DNA of 64,000 nt, from contig JAXSNR010000002.1 in NCBI GenBank assembly GCA_037925075.1, positions 480,001 to 544,000 of the forward strand. Reading direction: 5' to 3'. This stretch comes from Aquificaceae bacterium. GTDB taxonomy: Bacteria > Aquificota > Aquificia > Aquificales > Aquificaceae. The position numbers were made by a program, and so were the translations under genes. Below the pieces are notes generated by a model, which was given only the letters and a program-made list of their open reading frames with translations, ran no database searches and had not been told where the DNA came from. Of the stretch, positions 33,381 through 43,268 are shown in pieces. How positions within the stretch are numbered: position 1 is the stretch's first letter; every line of letters starts with the position of its first letter.

Positions 33381-34044
33381 GCTGTGTATAGCCTTGGATA
33401 CCAACCTTCAACAGGCTAAGGACTTGATAAGGGCTTTAAGGGGATATCCTGTAATCTTTAAGGTGGGTTATAAGCTTTTTATCTCCTACCACAGGGAGAT
33501 AACGGACTACATAAAGGAGGAAGGCTTTGAGCTTTTCCTTGACCTTAAGCTTCACGACATTCCCAATACAGTAAGAGAGGGTACCCTTTCTGCAAAAGAC
33601 CTTGGAGCGGACTATTTAACTGTTCATACTTCTTCTGGTAGGCAAGCCCTTAGGTCTGCGGTGGAGGTAAAGGGAAAGGTAAAACTGCTTGGAGTGACGC
33701 TTTTGACAAGTCTTGACGATGAGGATTTAAAGGAGTTTGGGCTTTGCAGGGGTAGAGAAGAACAGGCTTTTTACCTTACAGAGCTCGCCCTTGAGGAGGG
33801 CTTTGATGGTGTGGTATGCTCGGGAAGGGAAGTGAGCTATCTGAAAGAGAAGTTATCTAAGCCCTTCCTTGCGGTTGTGCCCGGTGTGAGGCTTGAGGGT
33901 GAGCCTGCGGAAGACCAAAAGAGGGTTGTAAGCCTTGAGGAAGCTTTGGAGGCAGGTGCGGACATAATTGTGATGGGTAGAAGTATTCTAAGGGCGGAAA
34001 ACCCTGTAAAAAGAGTTGAAGAGATACTTCTCAGGCTCGCGTAG
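33373..34044 (+). CDS. pyrF: Orotidine-5'-phosphate decarboxylase
   Basis: IALD, DLKLHDIPNT, PGVR, DQKR, GRSI; start at ATG after GGAGG. Confidence 0.96.
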   Translation: MAKLCIALDTNLQQAKDLIRALRGYPVIFKVGYKLFISYHREITDYIKEEGFELFLDLKLHDIPNTVREGTLSAKDLGADYLTVHTSSGRQALRSAVEVKGKVKLLGVTLLTSLDDEDLKEFGLCRGREEQAFYLTELALEEGFDGVVCSGREVSYLKEKLSKPFLAVVPGVRLEGEPAEDQKRVVSLEEALEAGADIIVMGRSILRAENPVKRVEEILLRLA

Positions 34045-34690
34045 GCACACCAGCTTCTTTGAGGGCTTGACCTCTTTGAAGGCATGTGGCACAAACACCA
34101 CATGGAGGCTCAGTTCCCATGTAGCAAGAATAGGTCTTTTCAAAGGGAACTCCAAGCTCCTTTCCAAGCCTTGCTATATCCACCTTACTCATGCCCAAAA
34201 AGGGTGCATAAACATGTACCCTTCTTTTGGTTTTTGCCACATGGGCTGAGCCTGCGTTTATGGCGGACTCCATCGCGCTTATAAACTCTGGCCTACAGTC
34301 TGGGTAAGGGGTATCAAGGGCATGGACTCCTATGGCTATATGCTCAATTCCGTAGCTGTCCGCAAAGGAGCTGGCTATGGCCAAAAAAACGAGGTTTCTC
34401 ATAGGGACGTTTGTGGGTGGCACCTCTTGGGTGTATTCTCCCTTTGGTACTTCTGGCCCTCCCTCCAAAAGGGCTGAGCCTTTTATGAGCCTGTAGTGGG
34501 GAACTTCCACCAATATATGCTCTTTTACACCGGCCATCTTAGCAAGCTCTTTTGCGTACTTTAACTCCACCTTGTGCTTTTGCCCGTAGTCAAAGGAAAG
34601 GGCATAGATCTCTTCAAATTCTTTTTTGCAAAGCCATAAAAGTGTGGCACTGTCCATTCCACCGGAGAGAAGCACTATAACTTTTTTCAT
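34031..34690 (-). CDS. queC: 7-cyano-7-deazaguanine synthase
   Basis: LSGGMDS, VP.RN, YPDCRPEF, SCY..PCGVCATC. Confidence 0.96.
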   Translation of the reverse strand: MKKVIVLLSGGMDSATLLWLCKKEFEEIYALSFDYGQKHKVELKYAKELAKMAGVKEHILVEVPHYRLIKGSALLEGGPEVPKGEYTQEVPPTNVPMRNLVFLAIASSFADSYGIEHIAIGVHALDTPYPDCRPEFISAMESAINAGSAHVAKTKRRVHVYAPFLGMSKVDIARLGKELGVPFEKTYSCYMGTEPPCGVCATCLQRGQALKEAGVPTRA

Positions 34691-34697
34691 GGATGTA

Positions 34698-34781
34698 TGC
34701 CGGAGGCGGGAGTCGAACCCGCACGCCCTTTTGGGCGGGGGATTTTGAATCCCCTGCGTCTGCCAGTTCCGCCACTCCGGC
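34698..34781 (-). tRNA. tRNA-Leu(CAA), CCA not encoded
   Basis: GCCGGAG/CTCCGGC acceptor stem, GGGGA-TTCAAAA-TCCCC anticodon arm, long variable arm, GTTCGA. Confidence 0.96.
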
Positions 34782-34801
34782 TAAGTATAAAATTATATGC
34801 C

Positions 34802-35081
34802 ATGGAAAGGAGTTTTGACTGGTTTAAGCAGGCGCTGAGAGACCTTGAGCACGCCAAAAGGTCTTTGGAAGCTGAAGATTACGAATGGGCATGCTTTGCC
34901 AGTCATCAGTCCGCAGAAAAGGCTGTAAAGGCTCTCCATTACCATTTTAAGCAGGAGGCGTGGGGTCATTCCATTTCCAGAGGGAGCACCCTACGAACAC
35001 TTTACGGAAAATCAGGCAAGGGAGGCAATAGACTATGCCGGTAAGGTCCTTGAGTTCGTCCGTTTTCAGATGGGTCTCTAA
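34802..35081 (+). pseudogene. HEPN-domain toxin with an internal frameshifting deletion
   Basis: DW.KQA.RDL..A....YEWACF..HQ.AEKAVKA...WGHS, then in another frame FPEGAPYEHFT...AREAI.YA; the central RY-containing segment is absent. Confidence 0.8.
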
Positions 35082-35430
35082 GGAAGAGGTGGAGAGGTCT
35101 CTCAAAGAGTGGGCGCAATTGGTAAAAGAGGAACATCCTGAGGTTTTAGCAATTGGCTACTTTGGTTCGTACGCAAGGGGAGATTGGGGTGTGGGTAGCG
35201 ATGTGGATATATTGGTGGTAGTCTCCGAAAGTAAGGAGCCTTTCCTTAGAAGACCCTTAGCCTTTGACACCACAAGCTTACCAGTGCCCGCGGACCTATT
35301 GGTCTATACAGAAGAAGAACTAAAAAGGCTTAAGAACACAAGGTTTTACAGAGAAGTAGTTAGCAAAGAAGCGGTATGGTTATACAAAAGAAAGTATATA
35401 AACCAAGAGGGGAATACTTACAAAGCTTAG
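35035..35430 (+). CDS. Minimal nucleotidyltransferase (MNT) antitoxin
   Basis: [25 protein letters not shown]. Confidence 0.88.
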   Translation: MPVRSLSSSVFRWVSKEEVERSLKEWAQLVKEEHPEVLAIGYFGSYARGDWGVGSDVDILVVVSESKEPFLRRPLAFDTTSLPVPADLLVYTEEELKRLKNTRFYREVVSKEAVWLYKRKYINQEGNTYKA

Positions 35431-36249
35431 CACTATACCCAAACCCGCACTGGCAAAGGCTAGGTTGTGATTAAGTCCATACTTTAGCACCAATATGCTG
35501 GCTGTTATCATGGTAGGCATTGCGGACTCAAGAACTGCAACCTTGTATGCGGTCTCGCTTATTAAAAGGCCTTTAAATATCAAAAGGGCAAAAAGGGGAG
35601 ACAAAACCATCTTTATACCGATAGCGGATGCCAAAAGCTTTACATCCTTTCCCATCTGAGAAAACTCAAGGGAGAGGCCCAAGGAAAACAAAACCACCGG
35701 CAGGAGCGATGCGGTGGAAAAATCCACAAACCTCCAAAAGGCTTCTGGAGGCTCATAGCCCTTAAGAAAGAAGCCAAACACTAAGCCAAGAAAGGGAGGA
35801 AAAAGGACAATAGACTTCACATCTACCTTACCACTTACTATGAAAAAACCAACAGAAGAGACCGCAAGAAAAGAACCTACACTATCGTAAATGACCGCAT
35901 ACTCAAGCCCTTCTTCTCCAAAGTAGGCGAAGCTGTAAGGATAGCCTAAAAAAGCGGTGTTTCCAAAGGCGGAAGCCATCATAAGCGTTCTAAGGTTAAG
36001 ATTGTCCAATTTAAAAAGCTTACCCAAAAGGTAGGCGGTAAGCATACATAGAGCTATCACAAGCCACGCACCCAAACCTACAAAGACTACCTCTTGGGAA
36101 AGCCCCAGTTGATGGGCGGTTTTAAAGCTCAGCAAAGGAAGGGCAAAGTATAGCACGTAATTTACGAGGACTCCCGAGTGCTCCTTAGAGAAAATACCAA
36201 GCCTTTTGAAAAGGTAAGCGATACTTACCGTAAATAAAACCTCAAGCAT
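35380..36249 (-). CDS. AEC (auxin efflux carrier) family transporter
   Basis: FALP.L.F, FGNT.FLG.P, LFSLG, ESAMP. Confidence 0.88.
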   Translation of the reverse strand: MLEVLFTVSIAYLFKRLGIFSKEHSGVLVNYVLYFALPLLSFKTAHQLGLSQEVVFVGLGAWLVIALCMLTAYLLGKLFKLDNLNLRTLMMASAFGNTAFLGYPYSFAYFGEEGLEYAVIYDSVGSFLAVSSVGFFIVSGKVDVKSIVLFPPFLGLVFGFFLKGYEPPEAFWRFVDFSTASLLPVVLFSLGLSLEFSQMGKDVKLLASAIGIKMVLSPLFALLIFKGLLISETAYKVAVLESAMPTMITASILVLKYGLNHNLAFASAGLGIVLSFVSIPLLVYILSFV

Positions 36250-37180
36250 ACAAAAAGCTCTCTATCTGCCTCCTGATTATGCTATGGTGTCCTAAGTGAA
36301 GCCTAATGAACTTCTCAAGCCTACCTATAGGAAGCAGGTTTTGTGGTGACCTTCTGTCCTGAAAGGGCTGGCTTGCAAAGAGGGGAAGTATGCCAGCGGA
36401 TAGGTCTGCCAACTTTCTAAGGTCTAAGTCCTTCTGAGGGAAGACTTCTACTCTTGCAAGGCCATGGAGCCCTTCTGCAGGGGAAAGTTTTACATACCAT
36501 GTATACTTATCCACCCTTTCTTCGGATTCTTGTGTTTGCTGGTAGTGGACCTTAACTATAGGACTTCTTTGTCCCGGTTTGAGTGAGTTTAGCAAAGTTG
36601 TATAAGTCTTATCAAAGTAGAGCCTTTTGATGCTTTTAACAAAGCCACAGGCGGGAGTGTTTTTTAGTTTATGGCTAAGAGTGCCATCACATAGGAGCAG
36701 GTTAAACCCCTTTTCACTTTTGAGAACTTTTAGGGCAACCCTTGCCTCTAATTCTTCCTTCATGTACCTGTTTACTTCGGAAGATATTTCGCCCTCCACT
36801 CTTACAGGTTTAAATCCAAACACCTCTTCAAAAAGGTCAGAGCCTCGCAAAAAGAGGAGCTTTCTAGTCTCTCTGAAAAGAAGAGACTCTCTAAGAAGGT
36901 TTATTTTACCGTAATCTACTCTTAAGGCACCAGCACCTAAAGAGAGAAAGGCTCCTTCGTAGCTTTCACCAGCCTCTTCGTCCCTTACATAGACAATACA
37001 CTCGGTACGGCGAACCCCGTCAACAAAAACCACGCTAAAAGCTTCGGGTCTATACCCCTCATACACCCTTACCTCTTCCGCAAAATCTGAAAACTGCTCT
37101 GATTCTTCCACTTCAGCCACTTCTACCTCTGTTGGCTGATGAGGGCTCATGGATATGCTGTACCTTCCCAGAACTTTCAT
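36242..37180 (-). CDS. NurA-like nuclease
   Basis: FVDGVRR, CDGTL, G.VKS, L.PGQRS, WYV.L, R.PQNL.PI..LE. Confidence 0.75.
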   Translation of the reverse strand: MKVLGRYSISMSPHQPTEVEVAEVEESEQFSDFAEEVRVYEGYRPEAFSVVFVDGVRRTECIVYVRDEEAGESYEGAFLSLGAGALRVDYGKINLLRESLLFRETRKLLFLRGSDLFEEVFGFKPVRVEGEISSEVNRYMKEELEARVALKVLKSEKGFNLLLCDGTLSHKLKNTPACGFVKSIKRLYFDKTYTTLLNSLKPGQRSPIVKVHYQQTQESEERVDKYTWYVKLSPAEGLHGLARVEVFPQKDLDLRKLADLSAGILPLFASQPFQDRRSPQNLLPIGRLEKFIRLHLGHHSIIRRQIESFLYA

Positions 37181-38180
37181 TTTCCAACTCCCTAAGAGCT
37201 TGTACTATGAGGTATTTTAACCTATCAAGGTTTTCCTTAGTTATGGCTGATACCCCGATAAAGATGTATCCTCTTCCTCTAAACTCCCTCTCAAGGACAT
37301 CAAGGTAAGACCTGTCCGAAAGGCTATCTACTTTTGTTCCCACCACAATCTGGAGCTTTTTTAACAACTGAGGACTATAGCTTTCCATCTCCCTGTTTAC
37401 TATCTCAAAGGCTTTTATAGGGTCTTGTGTCCTCTGGTCGGAAACATCTACTAAATGAAGAAGAAGTCTTGTCCTTTCTATATGCCTTAAAAATTCATGT
37501 CCCAAGCCCTTACCTTGACTTGCCCCTTCTATAAGCCCGGGTATATCCGCAAGCACTAAATGGGTCTCTTCATCCACTTCCATTACGCCAAGCACTGGTG
37601 ATAGGGTGGTAAAGGGATAGTCCCCTATCTTTGGTCTTGCGCGTGTTAGTACGGATAGGAGTGTAGACTTTCCCGCATTTGGAAGCCCAATAAGGCCTAC
37701 ATCCGCAATGAGCTTCAATTCAAGTATTAGCCATCTTTCTTCTCCCTTTTCCCCCTTTTCTGCATACCTTGGCCTTTGATTCGTAGGTGTGGCAAAGTGA
37801 GCGTTTCCCCTTCCGCCCCTTCCACCTCTTGCGGGCACGCACCTTTGACCTTCCTTAACAAGGTCGCATAGCACCTGCCCGTTTTCCGCATCAATAACCA
37901 CTGTGCCCACCGGCACCTCAATTATCAAGTCTTCTCCATCCTTTCCCTTTTGGTTTTTACCTTTACCATGCTCTCCCCTCTCTGCCTTGAAGTGTGCCTG
38001 AAATTTAAAGTCATAAAGGGTATGCTTTCTTGAGGTGGCAACAAGCACCACATCCCCACCCTTTCCCCCATCTCCACCCGCAGGACCACCAAAGGGCCTG
38101 TACTTTTCCCTAAGAAAAGCCACCGCACCGTCTCCACCATCCCCGGCCTTAACATGGATTTTTACCCTATCAACGAACAT
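37113..38180 (-). CDS. obgE: GTPase ObgE
   Basis: MFVD, glycine-rich Obg fold, GLPNAGKST, ADIPGLIEGA; start at ATG 38180. Confidence 0.97.
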   Translation of the reverse strand: MFVDRVKIHVKAGDGGDGAVAFLREKYRPFGGPAGGDGGKGGDVVLVATSRKHTLYDFKFQAHFKAERGEHGKGKNQKGKDGEDLIIEVPVGTVVIDAENGQVLCDLVKEGQRCVPARGGRGGRGNAHFATPTNQRPRYAEKGEKGEERWLILELKLIADVGLIGLPNAGKSTLLSVLTRARPKIGDYPFTTLSPVLGVMEVDEETHLVLADIPGLIEGASQGKGLGHEFLRHIERTRLLLHLVDVSDQRTQDPIKAFEIVNREMESYSPQLLKKLQIVVGTKVDSLSDRSYLDVLEREFRGRGYIFIGVSAITKENLDRLKYLIVQALRELENESSGKVQHIHEPSSANRGRSG

Positions 38181-38234
38181 AAGGGATAAAGTATAACAGG
38201 ACCGATTGATGGGCAAGGTATTATATTTACAAGG

Positions 38235-39920
38235 ATGATAACCCTTGAAGAGCTTCAAAAGGCTCCAGAAAAGCCCGGAGTGTATATTTTCAAAAGGGAG
38301 AAAAAGCCCATATACATAGGAAAGGCAAAGAACATAAGGGAAAGGCTTATTCAACACTACAAATTGGCGGAAAAGGATAGTAAAGAAAGAGCCATAGTAG
38401 GAAACGCCACCTCTGTAGAGTGGATCATAACACGCAACACCTTTGAAGCTTTAACCTTAGAGATAGACTTAATACAACTTCATAAACCACGCTACAACGT
38501 GCTACACAAGTACGGGGGCGGATATCCCTTGCTTTTGCTTACCGATGAGACATATCCTACTCTAAAGGTTGTAAGAGGCACAGATCATAAGGGACAGCTT
38601 TTTGGACCCTTTTTTACCACCTCAAAGGCTAAAAAGGTAAAAAGGCTTGTTCACAGGATATTTAAACTCCGCACCTGCGACCCAATGCCCATAAGAAAAG
38701 AGCCCTGTATGGACTATCATCTTGGGCTTTGCTCTGCGCCTTGCTGTGGCTTAATAGACAAGGAAACCTACCAGCTTTCGGTAAGGTCCGCAATTGCTTT
38801 GCTTTCCGGTGAGGTGGGTGGGGTTTTGGAAGAGCTTTACCAAAGGATAGAAAAGGAGATGCAAAAGCTTAACTTTGAAAGATGTGCCATCTTAAGGGAT
38901 CAGATACAGGCTTTGGAAAACCTCTCAAAGGGTCAAAAGGTATCTGGGCTTGACTATTCAAACGCGGATGTTTTCTACGCCATGGGTAGAGTTTTGGGTG
39001 TTTTTCTTATTAGGTCCGGAAGGCTTGTGGATAAACAGGTCTTTGTTCTCGAGAGAGAAGAAGAGTTAGAGGAGTTTTTGCTTGGTTTTTACTATACAAA
39101 CCCGTTGCCTCAAACACTTTTGATAAACTTTGAGCTTTCGGAAGAGGATATATGGTGGCTTTCTCAAAGGGGAAGCTTTGAGCTAAAAAGGGACATAAAC
39201 CCAGAGCTTGAGGAGCTTATCAGGGAAAACCTTGGCCATCACCTTGACCTAAGGGTTTTAAGGGATGAGTTTCATAGAGTTTTGGGTACTTCACTCCCAG
39301 AAAGGATAGAGGGCTTTGACATCTCTCACTTTTACGGAGAATACACGGTAGGCTCATGCGTTGTTTGGGAGGGGGGAACTATGAACAAGAGGGCTTACAG
39401 AAGGTACAAGGTAAGAAGTCTTGAAGGGATTGACGACTACAGGGCTATGGAGGAGGTGCTCACAAGGAGGGCACAAAGGCTAAAGGAAGGGGAGGAAAAA
39501 ATGCCAGATATGTGGCTTGTGGATGGCGGTCTTGGTCAGTTAAGTGTTGCGGTAAGGGTAAGAGACAGGTTTTCACTGCCTATAAAGGTCTTTGCTCTTG
39601 CAAAGGAAGAAGAACTTCTCCTTTCTGAAGAGGGCAAGGAGATAAGGCTCACACAACATCCTATTCTCTACAGGGTTTTTGGACTGATCAGGGACGAAGC
39701 CCACCGCTTTGCACTGACTTATAACAGAAAGCTAAGACTAAAGGAAGGTCTTACGGATGTGCTGGATAGAATAAAAGGCATAGGGGAGGCAAAGAAAAGG
39801 CTCATATACAGAAACTTTGAAAACCTTTATGAGTTTTTAAAGGCAGATGACCAAACTCTAAAAAGACTTGGTATAAGTCCAAAGCTTAGACAAGAGGTGG
39901 CAAGGTACTTTTACGAGTAG
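38235..39920 (+). CDS. uvrC: Excinuclease ABC subunit C
   Basis: GIY-YIG (PGVY..YIGKAKN), RIEGFDISH, VDGG.GQL, RDEAHRFA. Confidence 0.96.
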   Translation: MITLEELQKAPEKPGVYIFKREKKPIYIGKAKNIRERLIQHYKLAEKDSKERAIVGNATSVEWIITRNTFEALTLEIDLIQLHKPRYNVLHKYGGGYPLLLLTDETYPTLKVVRGTDHKGQLFGPFFTTSKAKKVKRLVHRIFKLRTCDPMPIRKEPCMDYHLGLCSAPCCGLIDKETYQLSVRSAIALLSGEVGGVLEELYQRIEKEMQKLNFERCAILRDQIQALENLSKGQKVSGLDYSNADVFYAMGRVLGVFLIRSGRLVDKQVFVLEREEELEEFLLGFYYTNPLPQTLLINFELSEEDIWWLSQRGSFELKRDINPELEELIRENLGHHLDLRVLRDEFHRVLGTSLPERIEGFDISHFYGEYTVGSCVVWEGGTMNKRAYRRYKVRSLEGIDDYRAMEEVLTRRAQRLKEGEEKMPDMWLVDGGLGQLSVAVRVRDRFSLPIKVFALAKEEELLLSEEGKEIRLTQHPILYRVFGLIRDEAHRFALTYNRKLRLKEGLTDVLDRIKGIGEAKKRLIYRNFENLYEFLKADDQTLKRLGISPKLRQEVARYFYE

Positions 39921-39967
39921 TCAAAAGGTTATAATATAAATCATCACTTTTTGAGTAGGAGGTATGC

Positions 39968-41944
39968 ATGGCAAAGGGAACGGTGGCTTACAAGATATTA
40001 AAGTCGCACCTTGTAAGTGGAAAGCTTGTGCCTGGTGAGGAGATAGCCATCAAGATTGACCAGACGCTCACACAGGACGCCACGGGCACCATGGCGTATT
40101 TACAGTTTGAAGCCATGGGAGTAAGCAGGGTAAAAACGGAGCTTTCCGTTAGCTATATAGACCATAACATGCTTCAAACGGACTATAAAAACCCCGATGA
40201 CCATAAATACCTTATGAGCGTGGCAAAAAGATACGGCATATGGCTTTCAAAACCGGGCAATGGTATATGCCATCAGGTGCATGTGGAAAGGTTTGCAAAG
40301 CCGGGCAAAACTCTTTTGGGCTCCGACTCCCACACTCCCACTTCCGGTGGAGTGGGCATGATAGCCATAGGTGCGGGTGGGCTTGATGTGGCAGCGGCCA
40401 TGGCGGGTGAGCCCTTTTACTTGAAGATGCCCAAGATTGTAGGCGTAAAGCTCACTGGCAAAATGCCACCTTGGGTAACCGCAAAGGACATAATCCTTGA
40501 GCTTCTGAGAAGGCTAACCGTAAAGGGTGGTGTGGGTAAGATCTTTGAATACTTTGGCGATGGCATAAAGGAGCTTTCTGTACCGGAGAGGGCAACCATC
40601 ACCAACATGGGGGCGGAATTGGGAGCTACCACTTCCATATTCCCTTCCGATGAGATAACAAGAGCCTACTTAAGGGCTCAGGGAAGGGAAGAAGACTGGA
40701 TTGAGCTACTGCCAGACCCCGATGCGGAATACGATGAGGTTATTGAGATAAACCTTTCTGAACTTGAACCGCTCATAGCCTGCCCACACTCTCCAGACAA
40801 GGTGGTGCCAGTTAGAGAAGTGGAAGGTATAAAGGTGGACCAAGTGGTGATAGGCTCTTGCACCAACTCTTCCTTTGTGGACCTTACCCGTGCGGGCCTC
40901 ATGCTAAGAGGTAGAAAGGTAAATCCCGATGTTATCTTTGCGGTAGCGCCGGGCTCTAAACAAGCCCTGGAGCTCATAACTCAGAACGGCATTCTCCTTG
41001 ACTTCCTAAAAGCTGGTGCCAGAATACTGGAAAGCGCCTGTGGCCCTTGCATAGGTATGGGATACGCACCACCAAGCGGAGGGGTTTCCATAAGAAGCTT
41101 TAACAGGAACTTTGAAGGAAGGTCTGGAACGCCTGACGCAAAGGTTTACCTTGCATCTCCGGAGGTATGCGTAGCCTGTGCCATAGCGGGTGAAATCATA
41201 GATCCGAGAAGACTCGCGGAAAGGGAAGGCATAAAGTGGGTCAAAGTAGAAATGCCAGAAAGGTTTCCATACGGGGATGAAGCCTTTATTCCACCACTGC
41301 AAGAAGAATCCGCAAAAGAGGTTGAAATATACAGAGGTCCAAACATAAAGGCTTTGCCTGAATTTGAAGAAATGCCAGAATCCCTGCAAGGAGAAGTCAG
41401 CCTTATTGTAGGGGACAACATAACCACAGACCATATAATGCCAGCGGGTGCAAAGATACTACCTTTAAGGTCTAACATATACGCCATAAGCGAGTATGTG
41501 TACCACTATGTGGATCCAGAGTTTGTCCAAAGAGCAAAGAGAATAAGGGATGAAAAGGGTAAAGCAAACATCATAATAGGTGGTGAAAACTACGGACAAG
41601 GATCCTCCAGAGAGCATGCCGCTTTGGCTCCAAGATTTCTGGGTGTGCGCGCGGTGATTGCCAAGTCCTTTGCAAGAATACACCATGCCAACCTTGTCAA
41701 TTTTGGCATAGTGCCCTTAGAGTTTGTCCACAAGGAAGATTACAACAAGTTTTCACTGGGTGATGAAATAGAAATACCAGAGCTTGTAGAAAGGCTAAAG
41801 GCTGGAAAGGAAATTGTAGTTATTAACAAAACCACAGGCGAGCAAATGGTATGTAGGTACAACCTTACACCAAAACAGGTCTCCGTGCTACTGGCTGGCG
41901 GGCTACTTAACTGGATAAGGAACAAGCAAGGAGTAAAGGTATGA
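39968..41944 (+). CDS. acn: Aconitate hydratase
   Basis: QDATG, GICHQ, GSDSHT, IGSCTN, CGPCIG, YGQGSSREHA. Confidence 0.92.
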   Translation: MAKGTVAYKILKSHLVSGKLVPGEEIAIKIDQTLTQDATGTMAYLQFEAMGVSRVKTELSVSYIDHNMLQTDYKNPDDHKYLMSVAKRYGIWLSKPGNGICHQVHVERFAKPGKTLLGSDSHTPTSGGVGMIAIGAGGLDVAAAMAGEPFYLKMPKIVGVKLTGKMPPWVTAKDIILELLRRLTVKGGVGKIFEYFGDGIKELSVPERATITNMGAELGATTSIFPSDEITRAYLRAQGREEDWIELLPDPDAEYDEVIEINLSELEPLIACPHSPDKVVPVREVEGIKVDQVVIGSCTNSSFVDLTRAGLMLRGRKVNPDVIFAVAPGSKQALELITQNGILLDFLKAGARILESACGPCIGMGYAPPSGGVSIRSFNRNFEGRSGTPDAKVYLASPEVCVACAIAGEIIDPRRLAEREGIKWVKVEMPERFPYGDEAFIPPLQEESAKEVEIYRGPNIKALPEFEEMPESLQGEVSLIVGDNITTDHIMPAGAKILPLRSNIYAISEYVYHYVDPEFVQRAKRIRDEKGKANIIIGGENYGQGSSREHAALAPRFLGVRAVIAKSFARIHHANLVNFGIVPLEFVHKEDYNKFSLGDEIEIPELVERLKAGKEIVVINKTTGEQMVCRYNLTPKQVSVLLAGGLLNWIRNKQGVKV

Positions 41945-42252
41945 ACCTTATAAGAGGGCTTTTTATATTGCTTTTTTTTCTGAGCCTTGGCGTGGGTGCA
42001 AAGGAGGTGCCTTTTACCTTAGAGGACAGGGATAGGCTTATAAGGATGGAGGCGGAGCTTAAGGCTCTTAGTAAAAGCGTGGATGCGCGTTTTGAAGCCA
42101 TAGATAAGCGTTTTGAAGAGGTAAATCGCAAGATAGACATGCTTTTTAATTTCCTGTGGATAATAACGGGCATATTTACTACCATAACGGTGGCCACCAT
42201 AGGCTTTGCCATATGGGACAGAAGGATTTTGAAAACATACAACATGCTGTAA
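41941..42252 (+). CDS. Hypothetical coiled-coil membrane protein (EVPFT.EDRDRL...WDRR type), possibly shortened at the C-terminus
   Basis: Signal peptide, (R/K)FE heptads, TM helix. Confidence 0.65.
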   Translation: MNLIRGLFILLFFLSLGVGAKEVPFTLEDRDRLIRMEAELKALSKSVDARFEAIDKRFEEVNRKIDMLFNFLWIITGIFTTITVATIGFAIWDRRILKTYNML

Positions 42253-42263
42253 AGGAGGTTGCC

Positions 42264-43268
42264 ATGAAGCTACGCAAGGTGGTTTCGGTCATAGGTGCTG
42301 GGAATGTGGGGGAGCATACCGCAAGCCTTCTTGCCCTTAGGGGTCTTGTGGATGTGCGTATGTTTGACCTGCCAAGGAAAGAGGGCGAACGGGTTATTGA
42401 GCCTGTAAAAGGGAAAGCCTTGGACATTCTTCAAATGCTCTCCGCACTTAACATAGATGGAAAGGTGGAAGGATACTGCGTCACTCCTGAGGGGGAAGGA
42501 TATCAAGCCTTAAAGGGTAGTGATATTGTGGTAATAACCGCAGGTTTTCCACGTAGGCCTGGCATGTCCAGAGAGGACCTGCTTGAAAAAAACATCTCCA
42601 TTCTCTCGGTAATAGCTAACAAAATAAAGGAATACGCACCGGAGGCGATAGTAATAGTGGTTACAAATCCCGTAGACCTTATGACCTACTCGGTGTACAG
42701 AATTCTCGGTTTTGAAAAAAACAGGGTTATGGGTATGGCGGGGGTGCTCGATTCCGCCCGCTTTAAAACCTTTATATCAAAGGAAATACGCGTATCACCT
42801 CAAGACATCCACGCCTATGTGATAGGTGGGCATGGTGATGAGATGGTGCCACTCATATCCATATCCAACGTGGGAGGAATACCTTTAAAGGATATGCTAC
42901 CGAGAGAAAGGATACAGGAGCTTATAAGGAGAACTCAGTTTGGTGGTGGTGAGATAGTGGACCTTATGGGAACCTCCGCATACCATGCACCCGCCGCCTC
43001 CATAGTGGAGATGGTGGAAGCCATAGTGACCGACAACAAAAGAATACTCCCATGCTCTGTATATTTAGACGGTGAGGTAGGTAAGTATTACGAAGCTGAG
43101 GGCTTATGTGTTGGAGTCCCTGTAAAACTGGGTAACAACGGAGTGGAAGAAATTATTAAAATACCTATGATAGAAGAAGAACGTGAGATGTGGAGAAGGT
43201 CTGTAGAGTCTGTGAGGAAAAACATAGCCATAGTGGAGGAGCTTTTAAATGCGAGAAGTACACTATAA
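42264..43268 (+). CDS. mdh: Malate dehydrogenase (LDH-like)
   Basis: VIGAGNVG, TAG.PRRPGMSREDL, LDSARF, GGHGD; ATG after AAGGAGG. Confidence 0.95.
   Translation: MKLRKVVSVIGAGNVGEHTASLLALRGLVDVRMFDLPRKEGERVIEPVKGKALDILQMLSALNIDGKVEGYCVTPEGEGYQALKGSDIVVITAGFPRRPGMSREDLLEKNISILSVIANKIKEYAPEAIVIVVTNPVDLMTYSVYRILGFEKNRVMGMAGVLDSARFKTFISKEIRVSPQDIHAYVIGGHGDEMVPLISISNVGGIPLKDMLPRERIQELIRRTQFGGGEIVDLMGTSAYHAPAASIVEMVEAIVTDNKRILPCSVYLDGEVGKYYEAEGLCVGVPVKLGNNGVEEIIKIPMIEEEREMWRRSVESVRKNIAIVEELLNARSTL

Noticed and set aside
34691..34781. preQ1 riboswitch upstream of queC
   Set aside because: The upstream sequence is fully explained by tRNA-Leu
34697..34801. N-terminal extension of ORF 34697-35044 (MPEAGVEPARP...)
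   Set aside because: It is the antisense of tRNA-Leu; the HEPN homology begins at ATG 34802
34698..35430. Integrative element at tRNA-Leu
   Set aside because: No integrase and no duplicated tRNA 3' end; HEPN-MNT lies on the 5' side of the tRNA
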